DNA of 64,000 nucleotides from a virus, in the IMG/VR virus record IMGVR_UViG_3300032245_000473, positions 10,077 through 74,076 of that record, one strand, 5' to 3'. The notes beneath the pieces were generated by a model that worked only from the letters and a program-made list of their open reading frames with translations, was not told where the DNA came from and made no database searches. Position 1 is the first letter of the stretch. Every line of letters starts with the position of its first letter. Below, in pieces: positions 37,268-47,215 of the stretch. The position numbers and the translations under genes were made by a program.

Positions 37268-38189
37268 CGTAGCCGCAGTTCTCGCCCAAGCCGGTGTCCG
37301 CAACATTCGTGAGGGCCAGAAGGAAATCACCGGGTCTTGCCCCATGCACCAGCAACGTGTAGGGAAGTCGGACGCACATGCTTCATGGTCGATGAACCGC
37401 CACACCTTCGTGCATCACTGCTTCTCCTGCGGGTATGCAGGGACTCTCACCGGCTTGCTGATCGACTTGCAGGGCTACGCCCCCGACGACATTGAAACCA
37501 TGGTCAAGGCTTCCACCTTGGCCAGCAACATCAAGAAGATTGAGCAGAAGCAGGAGGAACCGGAACGGCGTGCCGCTACCGAGTGGGAAATGGCCAATGT
37601 TCTCACCGATGTTCCCGAGCGTCTGCTTTCCTTGCGCCACCTTTCATTGGAAGCAGCCAACACCTACGGTGTCCGTTGGGATAGCACGCTCAGGTCGTGG
37701 GTTCTTCCCATCCGTGACCCACAGGGAACCCTGCTGGGGGCGCAATACCGTCAGAAGGGGAACGTACTCAACCTCCCGCAGGGGCTGGAGAAGAGTGTGA
37801 CCTTGTTCGGGTTCTGCGAGATGCGGCACCACAACCGTGTGGCCTTGGTGGAATCCCCTCTGGATGCGGTGCGTCTGTACGGGCTAGGTATCCCTGCTGT
37901 TTCATCCTTTGGTGCGTGGGTATCACCCACCCAAGTTGAGTTGTTGGCGCGCAACTTCACTTCCGTAGTAATGATGTTGGACAACGATAAGGCCGGTAAG
38001 GAAGCCACTGCTCACACGGCAGAAGCACTTCGTCGACGTGGTACTGTTGCAATCCCTTTCTCATACCGTGGTATGGACGCCAAAGACCCCGGTGATGTCG
38101 AGGACGACAGCATGCTCCTCGCCAACTGGGAGTGGTCGTTGTCCAACCTTCGTTTCATCGCCCCGCCCCCGAAGAAGATGAAGCGATGA
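37254..38189 (+). CDS. DNA primase (Zn finger plus TOPRIM)
   Basis: CPMH...HCFSCG; VESPLDA; LDNDKAG; KDPGD. Confidence 0.92.
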   Translation: MAHLDVAAVLAQAGVRNIREGQKEITGSCPMHQQRVGKSDAHASWSMNRHTFVHHCFSCGYAGTLTGLLIDLQGYAPDDIETMVKASTLASNIKKIEQKQEEPERRAATEWEMANVLTDVPERLLSLRHLSLEAANTYGVRWDSTLRSWVLPIRDPQGTLLGAQYRQKGNVLNLPQGLEKSVTLFGFCEMRHHNRVALVESPLDAVRLYGLGIPAVSSFGAWVSPTQVELLARNFTSVVMMLDNDKAGKEATAHTAEALRRRGTVAIPFSYRGMDAKDPGDVEDDSMLLANWEWSLSNLRFIAPPPKKMKR

Positions 38190-39739
38190 TGTTTGAGTAC
38201 CGCCCGTACCAGTTGGAGGGAATCGCCAAAGGGGTGGAACGGGGCAACCAGTTGCTGGCAATGACCATGGGGTCGGGCAAGACCGCCACCTCTATCGGCA
38301 CCGTCATGGAACTGCGGCGCCAGAAGAAGGTGGTCAGCGGGCTGATCCTCGCCCCTAACAGCCTCAAGTTCCAGTGGCAGCGTGAACTCCGCAAGGTCGA
38401 CCCCACGGCCCGTTCCCTTGTCATTGATGGAACCAAGGCCCAACGAACCTCCCAGTATCGACATGCCAAGCGGTTCCACTACGTCATCGCCAACTACGAG
38501 TGTGTGGTCAATGACTGGGAATTGTTCATCAAGATGGTTCCGCTGGACTTCATCATCGCTGACGAGGCGACGGCCATCAAGAGTTTCACCTCCAAGCGCA
38601 GTAAGCGTGTAAAGGCTCTGGCCAAGCGGTGTCAACATCGTTTTGCCCTCTCTGGCCAGCCTGTGGAGAACAAGCCAGAAGAACTATTCAGCATCATGGA
38701 GTTTGTGGACCCCGAGGTGCTGGGAGACTTCCGCAAGTTTGACAACTGTTTCATCGAACGGGACCACTGGGGTCGGCCAAAGAAATACCGGAACCTTCAC
38801 CTGCTCCATGACGCCATCAAGCCCGCCATGTTCCGAAAGAGTCGTGCCGATATTGCCGAGTGGCTACCTGTGGTCAACTCCATTGAGGTTCCGGTTCCCT
38901 TGGACAACTCCATCATGCGGCTCCATGACCTCATCAAGGCTGACCTGCTTGACGCATTGAACAAGGCAGTAGCGCAAGGGGGAGGCGGGTTCGATCTAGC
39001 AGCGCACTACGGCAAGGGGGTGAACCAAGACCCCACGCTCAAAGGCGAGGTCATGGCTCGCCTCCTTGCCATGCGTATGCTGGCCAGCCATCCGTCACTA
39101 CTTCTTGCTTCCGCTCACGACTTTGACGACGCCTCCACCAAGAGCGGCAGCAAGTATGCGTCACAGTTGAAGTTGTCCGGTGCGTTAGATGGGTTAGGAA
39201 CTACTAGTCCGAAGATGGACGCCCTCATGGAGATGATCGAAGAGATTGTCGAAGAGGACCCGCTCAACAAAGTCGTGGTGTTCTCGTTCTTCAAACCCAT
39301 GTTGCAGATCATTGAGCAGGCTCTTGCAAAGAGGGGTATCGGGCATACAAAGATCACGGGTGACGTGTCCACCGGTGATCGTGACAAGCGGATTCGCACC
39401 TTCAATGAGAATCCCAACTGCCGGGTGTTCTTGTCGTCGGATGCCGGTGCCTATGGTGTGGACTTGAACCGAGGCTCCCATCTCATCAACTACGACCTTC
39501 CTTGGTCGGCAGGTGTGTTATCACAGCGTGTAGCGCGTATCGACCGGACTTCTTCTTCGTTCACCAACATCACCCTGACCTATCTCTTTGGGCAGGACAC
39601 CATCGAAGAGCGAATGCTGCGGATGTTGAAGGACAAACTGGCAGTGGCTGGTGCCTTCTTGGACGGCAAGTATGACTTGGAGTCCGGTTCTCTCCCGTTG
39701 GATTTCCAGTCCCTCAAACAGTTTCTTGTAGAGGGCTAA
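38186..39739 (+). CDS. SNF2-family helicase
   Basis: RPYQ, MGSGKT, ADEA, LSGQPVEN, GAYGVDL, NYDLPW, QRVARIDR. Confidence 0.93.
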   Translation: MMFEYRPYQLEGIAKGVERGNQLLAMTMGSGKTATSIGTVMELRRQKKVVSGLILAPNSLKFQWQRELRKVDPTARSLVIDGTKAQRTSQYRHAKRFHYVIANYECVVNDWELFIKMVPLDFIIADEATAIKSFTSKRSKRVKALAKRCQHRFALSGQPVENKPEELFSIMEFVDPEVLGDFRKFDNCFIERDHWGRPKKYRNLHLLHDAIKPAMFRKSRADIAEWLPVVNSIEVPVPLDNSIMRLHDLIKADLLDALNKAVAQGGGGFDLAAHYGKGVNQDPTLKGEVMARLLAMRMLASHPSLLLASAHDFDDASTKSGSKYASQLKLSGALDGLGTTSPKMDALMEMIEEIVEEDPLNKVVVFSFFKPMLQIIEQALAKRGIGHTKITGDVSTGDRDKRIRTFNENPNCRVFLSSDAGAYGVDLNRGSHLINYDLPWSAGVLSQRVARIDRTSSSFTNITLTYLFGQDTIEERMLRMLKDKLAVAGAFLDGKYDLESGSLPLDFQSLKQFLVEG

Positions 39740-39806
39740 ACGGCGTAGGTACCCGGCATGAACCTCTAATACGGGTTACGATTCTCTCTGTGTGAAGGAG
39801 GGACGG

Positions 39807-40037
39807 ATGAGCCTGAATAACCGGATAGATACCGCACGTGATAACGAACCGAGAGTTAGCAGCGAGTGTTCCGTCTGCTGGGTCCTAAAGAAACTTGGCG
39901 ACGAGGACAGGGCCGCTCTTGAACGGGCGCTTGATTCACTCATGTCAAGCACCTACCTGTCCAATGTCCTTGCTGAAGAAGGAATCACTGTTTCCAAGTG
40001 GGCAGTTCAGCGCCACAGAAAGCATGTGCGTAAATGA
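39807..40037 (+). CDS. small Zn/HTH-like protein preceding the phosphoesterase
   Basis: CSVC...L.EEG..VS...VQRHR; SD AAGGAGG. Confidence 0.7.
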   Translation: MSLNNRIDTARDNEPRVSSECSVCWVLKKLGDEDRAALERALDSLMSSTYLSNVLAEEGITVSKWAVQRHRKHVRK

Positions 40038-41188
40038 GTCTGTCTGACCGTCTCGCCTCCATCCCGGCAGTTCCTGCAAATCTGGGTAGGTTCGCCGAAC
40101 TCCTAGAGAGAAGCGGAGTCTCCGTTGATGACATCGGCAAGATTGAGCGGATGAACCTGTGGCAGATGGGGTACGTCGACAGGGAGACGGGCAGCGCCCA
40201 GTCGATGGACCTCGTTGGCGTGTCGCTCTCCCCGGCTTGGGAACAAGACCCTGCTTGGCCTGTCGTGCAGCCTGCAAAGCCGGTTATCGCCAAGCCAAGG
40301 CCCGCACCAAAGACCCGTTCCGGCGATGTGATCATCATCGCCCCTGATCCGCAGATTGGTTGCCGCCGTTACGAGAACGGGGAACTTGAATGGTTCCAAG
40401 ATGACAGGGCAATCGACCTACATCTTCAGATCATCCGTGATGCCAAGCCCACGCAGATTGTGAACCTCGGTGACACTCTTGACTTTGCGGAGTGGAGCGA
40501 CAGGTGGGCCATCCATCCTGAGATGGTGATGACGACCCAGCCGACTATCGACCGGGCGCACCGGCACATTGCGGAACAGATCACCGAGGCACCGGACGAC
40601 TGCACCGTCACGGTTCTGGAGGGCAACCATGATGCCCGCCTTGGCAAACTCATCCTGAAGAATGCCATGGCTGCGCTGCGGCTTCGGAGGGCTAACGCTC
40701 CCGAAGAATGGCCGATCATCTCAGTCCAAAATCTCCTGCGACTAGAAGACTTTGGCAAAGACAAGGTCAATTACGTAGACGGATACCCCGCCGGGCGTGT
40801 CAAACTGGCCGCTGGTTCCGGTGACCTCACACCGCTCTATGCCATCCACGGTGAGCGTCTCTCTGTTTCGGCGGTGGCCAAGAACGAGAGACAGTCGTAC
40901 GTGCAGGGCCATATACACCGCATTGCCGATTACTACGAGACGTATGAGTTGGACAACGAGCGTGTGTACGTGAACGCTTGGTCGCCCGGTTGCTTGTGCA
41001 GAACGGACGGCGTGGTCCCCAGTGCGCGTGGGGGAACAAAGGCCAATGGTCGCCCGGTGGCACGCCAAGAACTTTGGCAGCAGGGCGTCGGCATCATCAC
41101 GGTCATGGATGACGGTACTTGGGCCAAGGAGATTGTCCCCATCATCAACGGGCGTGCAGTCTGGCGAGGCAAGGAATACGTGGCGTGA
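40034..41188 (+). CDS. calcineurin-like metallophosphoesterase
   Basis: PDPQIG, NLGDTLDF, EGNHD, IHGE, QGHIHR, PGCLC, WQQG. Confidence 0.9.
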   Translation: MSLSDRLASIPAVPANLGRFAELLERSGVSVDDIGKIERMNLWQMGYVDRETGSAQSMDLVGVSLSPAWEQDPAWPVVQPAKPVIAKPRPAPKTRSGDVIIIAPDPQIGCRRYENGELEWFQDDRAIDLHLQIIRDAKPTQIVNLGDTLDFAEWSDRWAIHPEMVMTTQPTIDRAHRHIAEQITEAPDDCTVTVLEGNHDARLGKLILKNAMAALRLRRANAPEEWPIISVQNLLRLEDFGKDKVNYVDGYPAGRVKLAAGSGDLTPLYAIHGERLSVSAVAKNERQSYVQGHIHRIADYYETYELDNERVYVNAWSPGCLCRTDGVVPSARGGTKANGRPVARQELWQQGVGIITVMDDGTWAKEIVPIINGRAVWRGKEYVA

Positions 41189-41583
41189 ACTACGCTCCTG
41201 TTTCCGTCAAGTGGTCCGACGCCCACGCTGACCGTCTTGCCACGTCATGGACTGACCCGAAACAGATTGAAGACACCGGTCCCTACATCATCACCACCGT
41301 GGGGGTGCTTTTGGAGGGTCTGAAGGAAGGGCACGTGAGCGTTGCTCAGTCCTATGACCGGGAAACTAATGTGGACACCGTTCTACACATCCCTACCGAT
41401 ATGGTCAAAGAGATCGTCTTCTTGACGACAAACGAGAGCCAAGGTTATGCCATGACGCGCCGAGACATGGAAATCATCCTGTACTTCCTTGAGAGGGTTG
41501 TGCCCAAGGGTCGGGAAGAAGAGAGCAAACTCTCACGGATCATTGCCCTGCTCAACAAGAAGGCCAAGAACGCTACTGAATGA
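41185..41583 (+). CDS. hypothetical protein (SH3/Sm-like N-terminus plus helical C-terminus)
   Basis: VSVKWSDAH...W...TVGVL...SVAQS...HIP..MV. Confidence 0.7.
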   Translation: MNYAPVSVKWSDAHADRLATSWTDPKQIEDTGPYIITTVGVLLEGLKEGHVSVAQSYDRETNVDTVLHIPTDMVKEIVFLTTNESQGYAMTRRDMEIILYFLERVVPKGREEESKLSRIIALLNKKAKNATE

Positions 41584-41607
41584 TGGAGGTTGGAATGGGA
41601 AGCACGG

Positions 41608-42039
41608 TCATCCCTTGGTAGATGCAGTGAGGAACCACGCCCATTTCTGATGGTGGTCGATTCGGTCAGCCAAGAAGTTGGCGATCCCCTGCTGCTTCTC
41701 TTCCGTGGCCTCATCAAATGCGGTGTTCATCGTCTTGAGGACGCCTTCGTTCAACTTTAGCAGAGCGCGAGCCATGGCCTGCGGTTCCTTCTTCGTGGTA
41801 GGGAACGACACAGTCCGGTTGTCGATGAAGGTCTGGAGATTGAAGTGGGCGTACTCACCCAACTTCCTCAGGTTTTCTGCGATGGGGTCGATACTCCCGT
41901 AAACATCGTCGTAGATGTCTCCAAACAGAGAGTGGTACTGATTGAAGTCCTGACCTTCCACGTTCCAGTGATACCCGTGAGCCACGAAGTACATGGTCAC
42001 TACGTCGGCAAGCAGGGTGTTCAGGGTCTTCTTGAGCAT
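41608..42039 (-). CDS. dps: Dps-family DNA starvation/oxidative protection protein
   Basis: AHGYHWNVEG.DF..YHSLF..IY......D.IAE.LRKLG; QGIANFLA; KWAWFL. Confidence 0.93.
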   Translation of the reverse strand: MLKKTLNTLLADVVTMYFVAHGYHWNVEGQDFNQYHSLFGDIYDDVYGSIDPIAENLRKLGEYAHFNLQTFIDNRTVSFPTTKKEPQAMARALLKLNEGVLKTMNTAFDEATEEKQQGIANFLADRIDHHQKWAWFLTASTKG

Positions 42040-42109
42040 GCACCAACCGTACCCGATACCCCGGTATCGTTTCCGCCTCCTCCCGATAAAAAAACTTGCT
42101 AGGAACTAG

Positions 42110-42138
42110 TTGACATTCTCTCAACGGTTCGGTACCTT
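42110..42138 (+). promoter_or_regulatory. strong sigma70/SigA-type (early) promoter
   Basis: TTGACA-17 bp-TACCTT with upstream A-tract; ATG 8 nt downstream. Confidence 0.8.
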
Positions 42139-42146
42139 TACCGTCA

Positions 42147-42605
42147 ATGGCTCGACAGATCACCCCGCCCGCCGCATGGGACGCCATGGTGCGTGCCTAT
42201 GCCCAGTTCCGAACTCTTCGTGAGAAAGGTCAGACTGAAGAGGACAAGGCCAAGAAGGACATCTTGGGTTACCTCGCTGACCGGGGACAAGAGACGCCAG
42301 AGGGCCACCGAGTACTCGCTTCAGAGCGAGTGAGAGTCGGCAAGAAGTACATCATCGGCTTCAAGCGCCAGCGTCGTGTCTCCTTGGTCTTGGATCAAGA
42401 CAAGGCCATCGCATGGCTGGAAGCCCACGGGCTGCTCGCTGAATGTCAGGTCACGGAAACGGTGACCTACTTCAACGAGGACGCCCTCATCGGACTCAAC
42501 TTCTCCGAGAAGATTCCCGACGACGTGTTCAAGGGTTTCTACACGGAGAAGGAGAACTTCGCCCTCATCTTGGAGGAAGACCCCGACGATGACGAGGACG
42601 AGTGA
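42147..42605 (+). CDS. early protein, weakly Gam-like
   Basis: Coiled N-terminus, KRQRRVS..LD.DKA..WL...GL, acidic tail. Confidence 0.6.
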   Translation: MARQITPPAAWDAMVRAYAQFRTLREKGQTEEDKAKKDILGYLADRGQETPEGHRVLASERVRVGKKYIIGFKRQRRVSLVLDQDKAIAWLEAHGLLAECQVTETVTYFNEDALIGLNFSEKIPDDVFKGFYTEKENFALILEEDPDDDEDE

Positions 42606-42910
42606 CTGCTGGAGAGACAGCATTACACGTGACAACACATGAGGAACCAATGAACAGAACAATGGCCTACGAGGCCCACTTGGAGCAGATCAACGATTTG
42701 CGCCGCAGGTCCATCGACGCAGCGACCCTCGCACGGGCGTTCGATGACTACGCCGAGAACCTGACTCAGATCAAGACCAAGGGCGACATCGCTGATCTCG
42801 CCGCTATGGACTTGAAGACCCACGCCCACAAGCGCGCAGAGCAGGTCCGTCGATTCAGCCAGTCCTGCATCGAACGTGCGGATGCCATGGAGCGGGAGGG
42901 TCTGGCGTGA
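42602..42910 (+). CDS. hypothetical helical protein
   Basis: Coupled ORF; alternative start at 42650 with SD GAGGA. Confidence 0.6.
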   Translation: MTAGETALHVTTHEEPMNRTMAYEAHLEQINDLRRRSIDAATLARAFDDYAENLTQIKTKGDIADLAAMDLKTHAHKRAEQVRRFSQSCIERADAMEREGLA

Positions 42911-43236
42911 CCGACCTGACCAAACTCCCCCACTCCTACATCCGCTGCCGCACGCTGGGACACGCTTGGGACGATGTGGAACCCACCGCTGAGGAGATTC
43001 AGGATGCCGATCTGATGTGGCACGGCTACTCGTTGCTGGCGACCTGTTGCTCCCGCTGCTACATGCGCCGCATGGACATCGTCACCACTGGTGGCGCACT
43101 CCGCACTCGCCGGTACAACTACCCGGTTGGGTACCTCATCGCCAAGGGTGAACACCGCCCGAAGCGCATCGAGTTCCGCAAGCAGTTGATCGCCAACCGC
43201 ATCTTCCAGATGAAGGCAAAGCGGGGTAAGCAGTGA
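42907..43236 (+). CDS. Zn-binding hypothetical protein
   Basis: CRTLGHAW...CSRC...R.D...Y.YP.GY. Confidence 0.7.
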   Translation: MTDLTKLPHSYIRCRTLGHAWDDVEPTAEEIQDADLMWHGYSLLATCCSRCYMRRMDIVTTGGALRTRRYNYPVGYLIAKGEHRPKRIEFRKQLIANRIFQMKAKRGKQ

Positions 43237-43613
43237 CCGAGTCAGAACTGAAGAGCGTGTATCACGCCGCCATCGTCGCCGGTACGTCCCACATCTGTTG
43301 CCCCGATTGTGGGAAGACTGTCCAACGCAGGTCCTTCCGCAACCATTGTCGCAACGTGCATGGTGCCAACATCAGCAGCGGCCCCGGCCGAATCGCAGGC
43401 ATCTCCACGAAGCGGAAGGCCAAGAAGGCCAAGAAGCAGCAGGTCATCGTCCCCGTGGAAAGCACTCCTTCGTGGGTGATTTCCCCCGATGAGTTCATGG
43501 ACTTGACCGTTGCCGTTCTGTACTGCGACGACGAAACCATGCCCATCCGTCATCTGCCCCACATTTCCAAGTTCCGAACTCATGTCGAAGAATTGTTGGC
43601 GGCATTGAAGTGA
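43233..43613 (+). CDS. C2H2 zinc-finger protein
   Basis: CPDCGKTVQRRSFRNHCRNVH followed by a basic tract. Confidence 0.7.
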   Translation: MTESELKSVYHAAIVAGTSHICCPDCGKTVQRRSFRNHCRNVHGANISSGPGRIAGISTKRKAKKAKKQQVIVPVESTPSWVISPDEFMDLTVAVLYCDDETMPIRHLPHISKFRTHVEELLAALK

Positions 43614-44056
43614 GTGATTGGCTTTCCCAGTTTGACAGCCTTGACTACCCCGGTAGGCGTAAGCCGGTAAACCGTGTTACACCCAAGGTGCATACTGAAG
43701 CCGTCGATTGGGCATCGAAACCAATCAAGTACATGGTCGCTGGTGAAGAGCGAGAGTTCTACACCATTGGCCACCTCGCCCGGGCTTTGGGATATTCGGT
43801 CCAAAGCATCAGAGCATGGGAGAACACACAGTTGCTCCCGAAATCCCGGTATCGGTCGCCTAACCAGCGTCGTGCCAATCAGCCAGAGCATCTAACCAAG
43901 GGCAAGCGGCTCTGGACGCGTGAACAGATTGAAGGTATACTTCGCATCGCTTCCGAAGAGGGTGTCATCCTCAACAAGAAGCCTCCGACCCCGAGGTTCG
44001 CCTCACGGGTACAAACACTTTTCAATGAACTGTTCCACCCTCAACAACAGCCCTAG
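43610..44056 (+). CDS. MerR-like HTH DNA-binding protein
   Basis: YTIGHLARALGYSVQSIRAWE...LP...R......GKRLWT..QI. Confidence 0.85.
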   Translation: MSDWLSQFDSLDYPGRRKPVNRVTPKVHTEAVDWASKPIKYMVAGEEREFYTIGHLARALGYSVQSIRAWENTQLLPKSRYRSPNQRRANQPEHLTKGKRLWTREQIEGILRIASEEGVILNKKPPTPRFASRVQTLFNELFHPQQQP

Positions 44057-44079
44057 ACACTTACAAGGAAACACACAGC

Positions 44080-44799
44080 ATGAACATCTCCCGACGACCC
44101 GTTCGCCGCACCGATGGCCCCTTTGACGATGAGCAGCCCACAGCGCCTCCCGTCCCGAGCGCCGATGCCGACCCCGACGACGCACCCTTGATGCAGTTGC
44201 GTGGAGGTTGGTCGGCAGGGAAGCAGCAGGCTGAAGCCACCAGCGAGTACGCTCAGGCATTCAAGCCCGAGGTCAAGAGCCAGATCATCAAGTTCTTGGA
44301 AGACGCCCCTTACGTCAACTTCCGTCGTCACTGGATTGAGCGGAACGGCCTCGCTGGTGTGGTGAAGCGCCCTTACGTCTGCCCCCAGTCCGTGGGCAAG
44401 ACGTGCCCGATCTGCAACCTTGGTGACAAGCCGCAAGCCGTGTCCTCTTTCAACGTGGCCCTCATCGGTGACGACGGCGTTCCTACCCTGAAGACGTGGG
44501 ACCTTGGCGTCAAGTTGTTCAACGTGCTGGCTGGGTACGCCGAAGACCCGAAGGTCGGCCCCCTCACGCGTGGCTACTTCGCCGTGTCCGTGTCCAGCGG
44601 AGGTGCTGGTTCCCGCAAGGGCGGCACAACGCAGACCAACGTCAATCCGGTGAAGCCCTCGCAGTTGGATGAGTGGGGCACCATCCCTCCCAACCCGAAG
44701 GAACTGGAAGCCTTGGGCCTCTACGACGCCAGCATCATCAAGTTGCCCAAGCCGGGCGAGTTGGAAGAGATCGCTGAAGAGATGGCGTCCGAGTACTGA
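44080..44799 (+). CDS. single-stranded DNA-binding protein (gp32-like)
   Basis: IKFLED.PY..FRRHW...C....CPIC...FNV; directly before the polymerase. Confidence 0.75.
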   Translation: MNISRRPVRRTDGPFDDEQPTAPPVPSADADPDDAPLMQLRGGWSAGKQQAEATSEYAQAFKPEVKSQIIKFLEDAPYVNFRRHWIERNGLAGVVKRPYVCPQSVGKTCPICNLGDKPQAVSSFNVALIGDDGVPTLKTWDLGVKLFNVLAGYAEDPKVGPLTRGYFAVSVSSGGAGSRKGGTTQTNVNPVKPSQLDEWGTIPPNPKELEALGLYDASIIKLPKPGELEEIAEEMASEY

Positions 44800-44800
44800 C

Positions 44801-46822
44801 GTGACCGATACAGGGGTAACGGATAGCCCGGTGGTTCGCCACCGGGCTGTTCCCCATCTCATCACGACGGTGGAGGAACTACGGGAGGCAGTCGCCTACC
44901 TACTGACACAGCCCCACTTCGTTATCGACGTGGAGACAACTTTCGGCAACGCTCACACCAATGAGGTGCTGTGGGTAGGTCTGGGTGCCCGTGCAGCGGT
45001 GTACCTCATTCCTATCAACCACCCCATTGGGTACGTGGATGTTCCTGAGCATGTGGAGATGCGTATCCCCCCTGAGAACGAGCGCAAGGTCTTGGCTAGT
45101 GGTGCCCTGAGCAAGGCCAAACGCCGGTACAAGGTTCCTACCTCATTTACCGAACGGCTAGACCAACTACCCCCCGGTGTGGTGTTTGCCGAGTTGGAAC
45201 CACTGCTCTTCTCAGACCGAGGAAAGATTGGGCAGAACACCAAGTTCGACCTCATCAGCGTGTCCAAGTACTACGGCGGGAACATCCCTCCCGGCCCGTA
45301 CCACGACAACATCGTCATCACGCATCTGCTGGATGAGAACCGGATGAAGTACGACCTGAAGACGGTCACCATGGACTGGTTGGATGTTCCTCAGCCCCAG
45401 CGTGCCGCTTTCTACCCCAACTTGGGGCGCTCCGGTATTGAGATAGAACCTGTGGATGCTGTAGCCCGGTATCTTGCCAAGGACATTCGCTACACGTGGT
45501 TGTACTTCCGCAATCAGTTCCCCCGCCTCGCCAAGCAGGGTTTGACCGAAGCGTACAAAGTGGAAATGGACCTGTATGGCGTCCTCATGCGTATGGAATG
45601 CAACGGATTCCCTGTCGACGGCAAGCGTATGGACGTGGTGAAGTCCGAGTTGGAGGAGGAACTCCGTTCGGTTGCAGGAGAAGCATGGTCCATAGCCGGG
45701 TATCAGTTTGAGATGACGAATCTCAACATCAAGCGTGACCTGCTCTTCAACCCGAAGAAGTTGGGAGGTCAGGGACTGAAACCCAAGTCGTACACCGAGA
45801 AGACCAACACCGCTCAGTTGAACAAGGCCACGTTGGAGTACTACGCAGAGCGTGGGAACCGGCTAGCGCAGGTGTTCCTAGAGTTCTCTGCCCTAGAGAA
45901 ACTTCGGGGCACCTTTATTGAGGGACTTGGCAAGCACCTCATCGACGGTCGAATCCATACTTCGTTCAAGCAGCACGGCACTGTGACCGGGCGATTGTCC
46001 GCCCACCAACCCAACCTTCAGCAGATTCCTGCCCGAGGTGACGGCGCAATTATTCGTGAGATGTTCGTTGCGCTCCCCGGTAAGTCGTTGGTCGTAGCCG
46101 ACTATGACCAAATCGAACTGAGGTGCGCCGCCTTCTTGTCCGGTGATACCGCCATGATGGAAGTCTTCAAGCAGGGGCAGGACATTCACCGGGCCGCTGC
46201 TGCTGCCATGTACACCGTCGACATGGACGAGGTGACAAAGGAGCAGCGGCAGGCAGGTAAGGGACAGAACTTCCTGACCCTCTACGGTGGTGGCGCAGCC
46301 AAATTGGCGCGCACCGCTGGCGTTGACGTTCCGACTGCGGAACTGTTCATCAAGCGGTACTACCAGCAGTTCCCTCACCTTGGTGCGTGGAAGGACAGCC
46401 TTGTAGAGGCCGCTCAAAGAGCGGGGCGACGAACCGATCCGTTCCGATACCCGCCTTACGTCCTTATTCCCCCCTTCAACCGTCGCCGGAGGATTCCTGA
46501 CCTTTACTCTCCGCATGAGTACGACAGGTATCGGGGAGAACGTCAGGCTGTAAACGCTGTCGTGCAGGGGTTTGCTTCGTACGTCATGAAGTTGGCCCTC
46601 ATCGAACTGGACAGGCAGTTGCCATCTCTTGACGCTGTGATGTTGGTCACAGTGCATGACGAAATCGTCGTGATGTGCGATGTTGATACGGCGGTATCCG
46701 TGAAGGACACGGTGTCCGCCATCATGGGTTCCGTCACGCTTGCTGGAGAACCTATCCTTGGTGAGGTACCGCTTGTTGCTTCGGCAGACATCGGGCGCAC
46801 TTGGGCAGAAGCAAAGGGGTAA
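44801..46822 (+). CDS. family A DNA polymerase with 3'-5' exonuclease
   Basis: VIDVET; TGRLS..PNLQQIP; ADYDQIELR; R..GK..NF...YG; VHDEIV. Confidence 0.97.
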   Translation: MTDTGVTDSPVVRHRAVPHLITTVEELREAVAYLLTQPHFVIDVETTFGNAHTNEVLWVGLGARAAVYLIPINHPIGYVDVPEHVEMRIPPENERKVLASGALSKAKRRYKVPTSFTERLDQLPPGVVFAELEPLLFSDRGKIGQNTKFDLISVSKYYGGNIPPGPYHDNIVITHLLDENRMKYDLKTVTMDWLDVPQPQRAAFYPNLGRSGIEIEPVDAVARYLAKDIRYTWLYFRNQFPRLAKQGLTEAYKVEMDLYGVLMRMECNGFPVDGKRMDVVKSELEEELRSVAGEAWSIAGYQFEMTNLNIKRDLLFNPKKLGGQGLKPKSYTEKTNTAQLNKATLEYYAERGNRLAQVFLEFSALEKLRGTFIEGLGKHLIDGRIHTSFKQHGTVTGRLSAHQPNLQQIPARGDGAIIREMFVALPGKSLVVADYDQIELRCAAFLSGDTAMMEVFKQGQDIHRAAAAAMYTVDMDEVTKEQRQAGKGQNFLTLYGGGAAKLARTAGVDVPTAELFIKRYYQQFPHLGAWKDSLVEAAQRAGRRTDPFRYPPYVLIPPFNRRRRIPDLYSPHEYDRYRGERQAVNAVVQGFASYVMKLALIELDRQLPSLDAVMLVTVHDEIVVMCDVDTAVSVKDTVSAIMGSVTLAGEPILGEVPLVASADIGRTWAEAKG

Positions 46823-46825
46823 GGA

Positions 46826-47215
46826 ATGTCATCGGATTGGTACGCCCGTCGGCTTGGTCAGCAGCAGCCTCAGTCTCAGCCTCAGGCCCGTCAATGGACA
46901 CCCCCTCCCCCTCAGTATGTTCCTCAGCAGCCGAACTACCAGCAGCAACCTGCTCCGGGGCAGCATCAGATGCCGCCGCAAACGCCACCCCCCGGTTCGG
47001 TGAATCATGAGAACTTCATGCAGATGGCCAGTATGTGGCGAGGTGGCCCTGCCATGAAGTCCGACCCCGGTGGGTGCCCTCAGTGCGGTAGCCCCCGGTA
47101 CTACAGCCGTTCAAAGTCGGTGAGCCGTGGCCCTGCTCCTGCTCCGCACTGCTTTGACTGCGGCTTCAACGGCTTATTCGACCAAGGTGATCCTGCGACA
47201 TGGGGGGCAATGTGA
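46826..47215 (+). CDS. Gln/Pro-rich protein with C-terminal Zn ribbon
   Basis: CPQCGS...HCFDCG. Confidence 0.7.
   Translation: MSSDWYARRLGQQQPQSQPQARQWTPPPPQYVPQQPNYQQQPAPGQHQMPPQTPPPGSVNHENFMQMASMWRGGPAMKSDPGGCPQCGSPRYYSRSKSVSRGPAPAPHCFDCGFNGLFDQGDPATWGAM

Noticed and set aside
44669-44800. N-terminal extensions given by the ORF track (also 35858, 37080, 31719, 48477, 55147)
   Set aside because: They overlap upstream genes; downstream coupled or SD-led starts fit better
45030-45170. Intein or intron in the polymerase exonuclease domain
   Set aside because: The insertion is short (about 45 aa), in frame, and lacks C...HN intein ends
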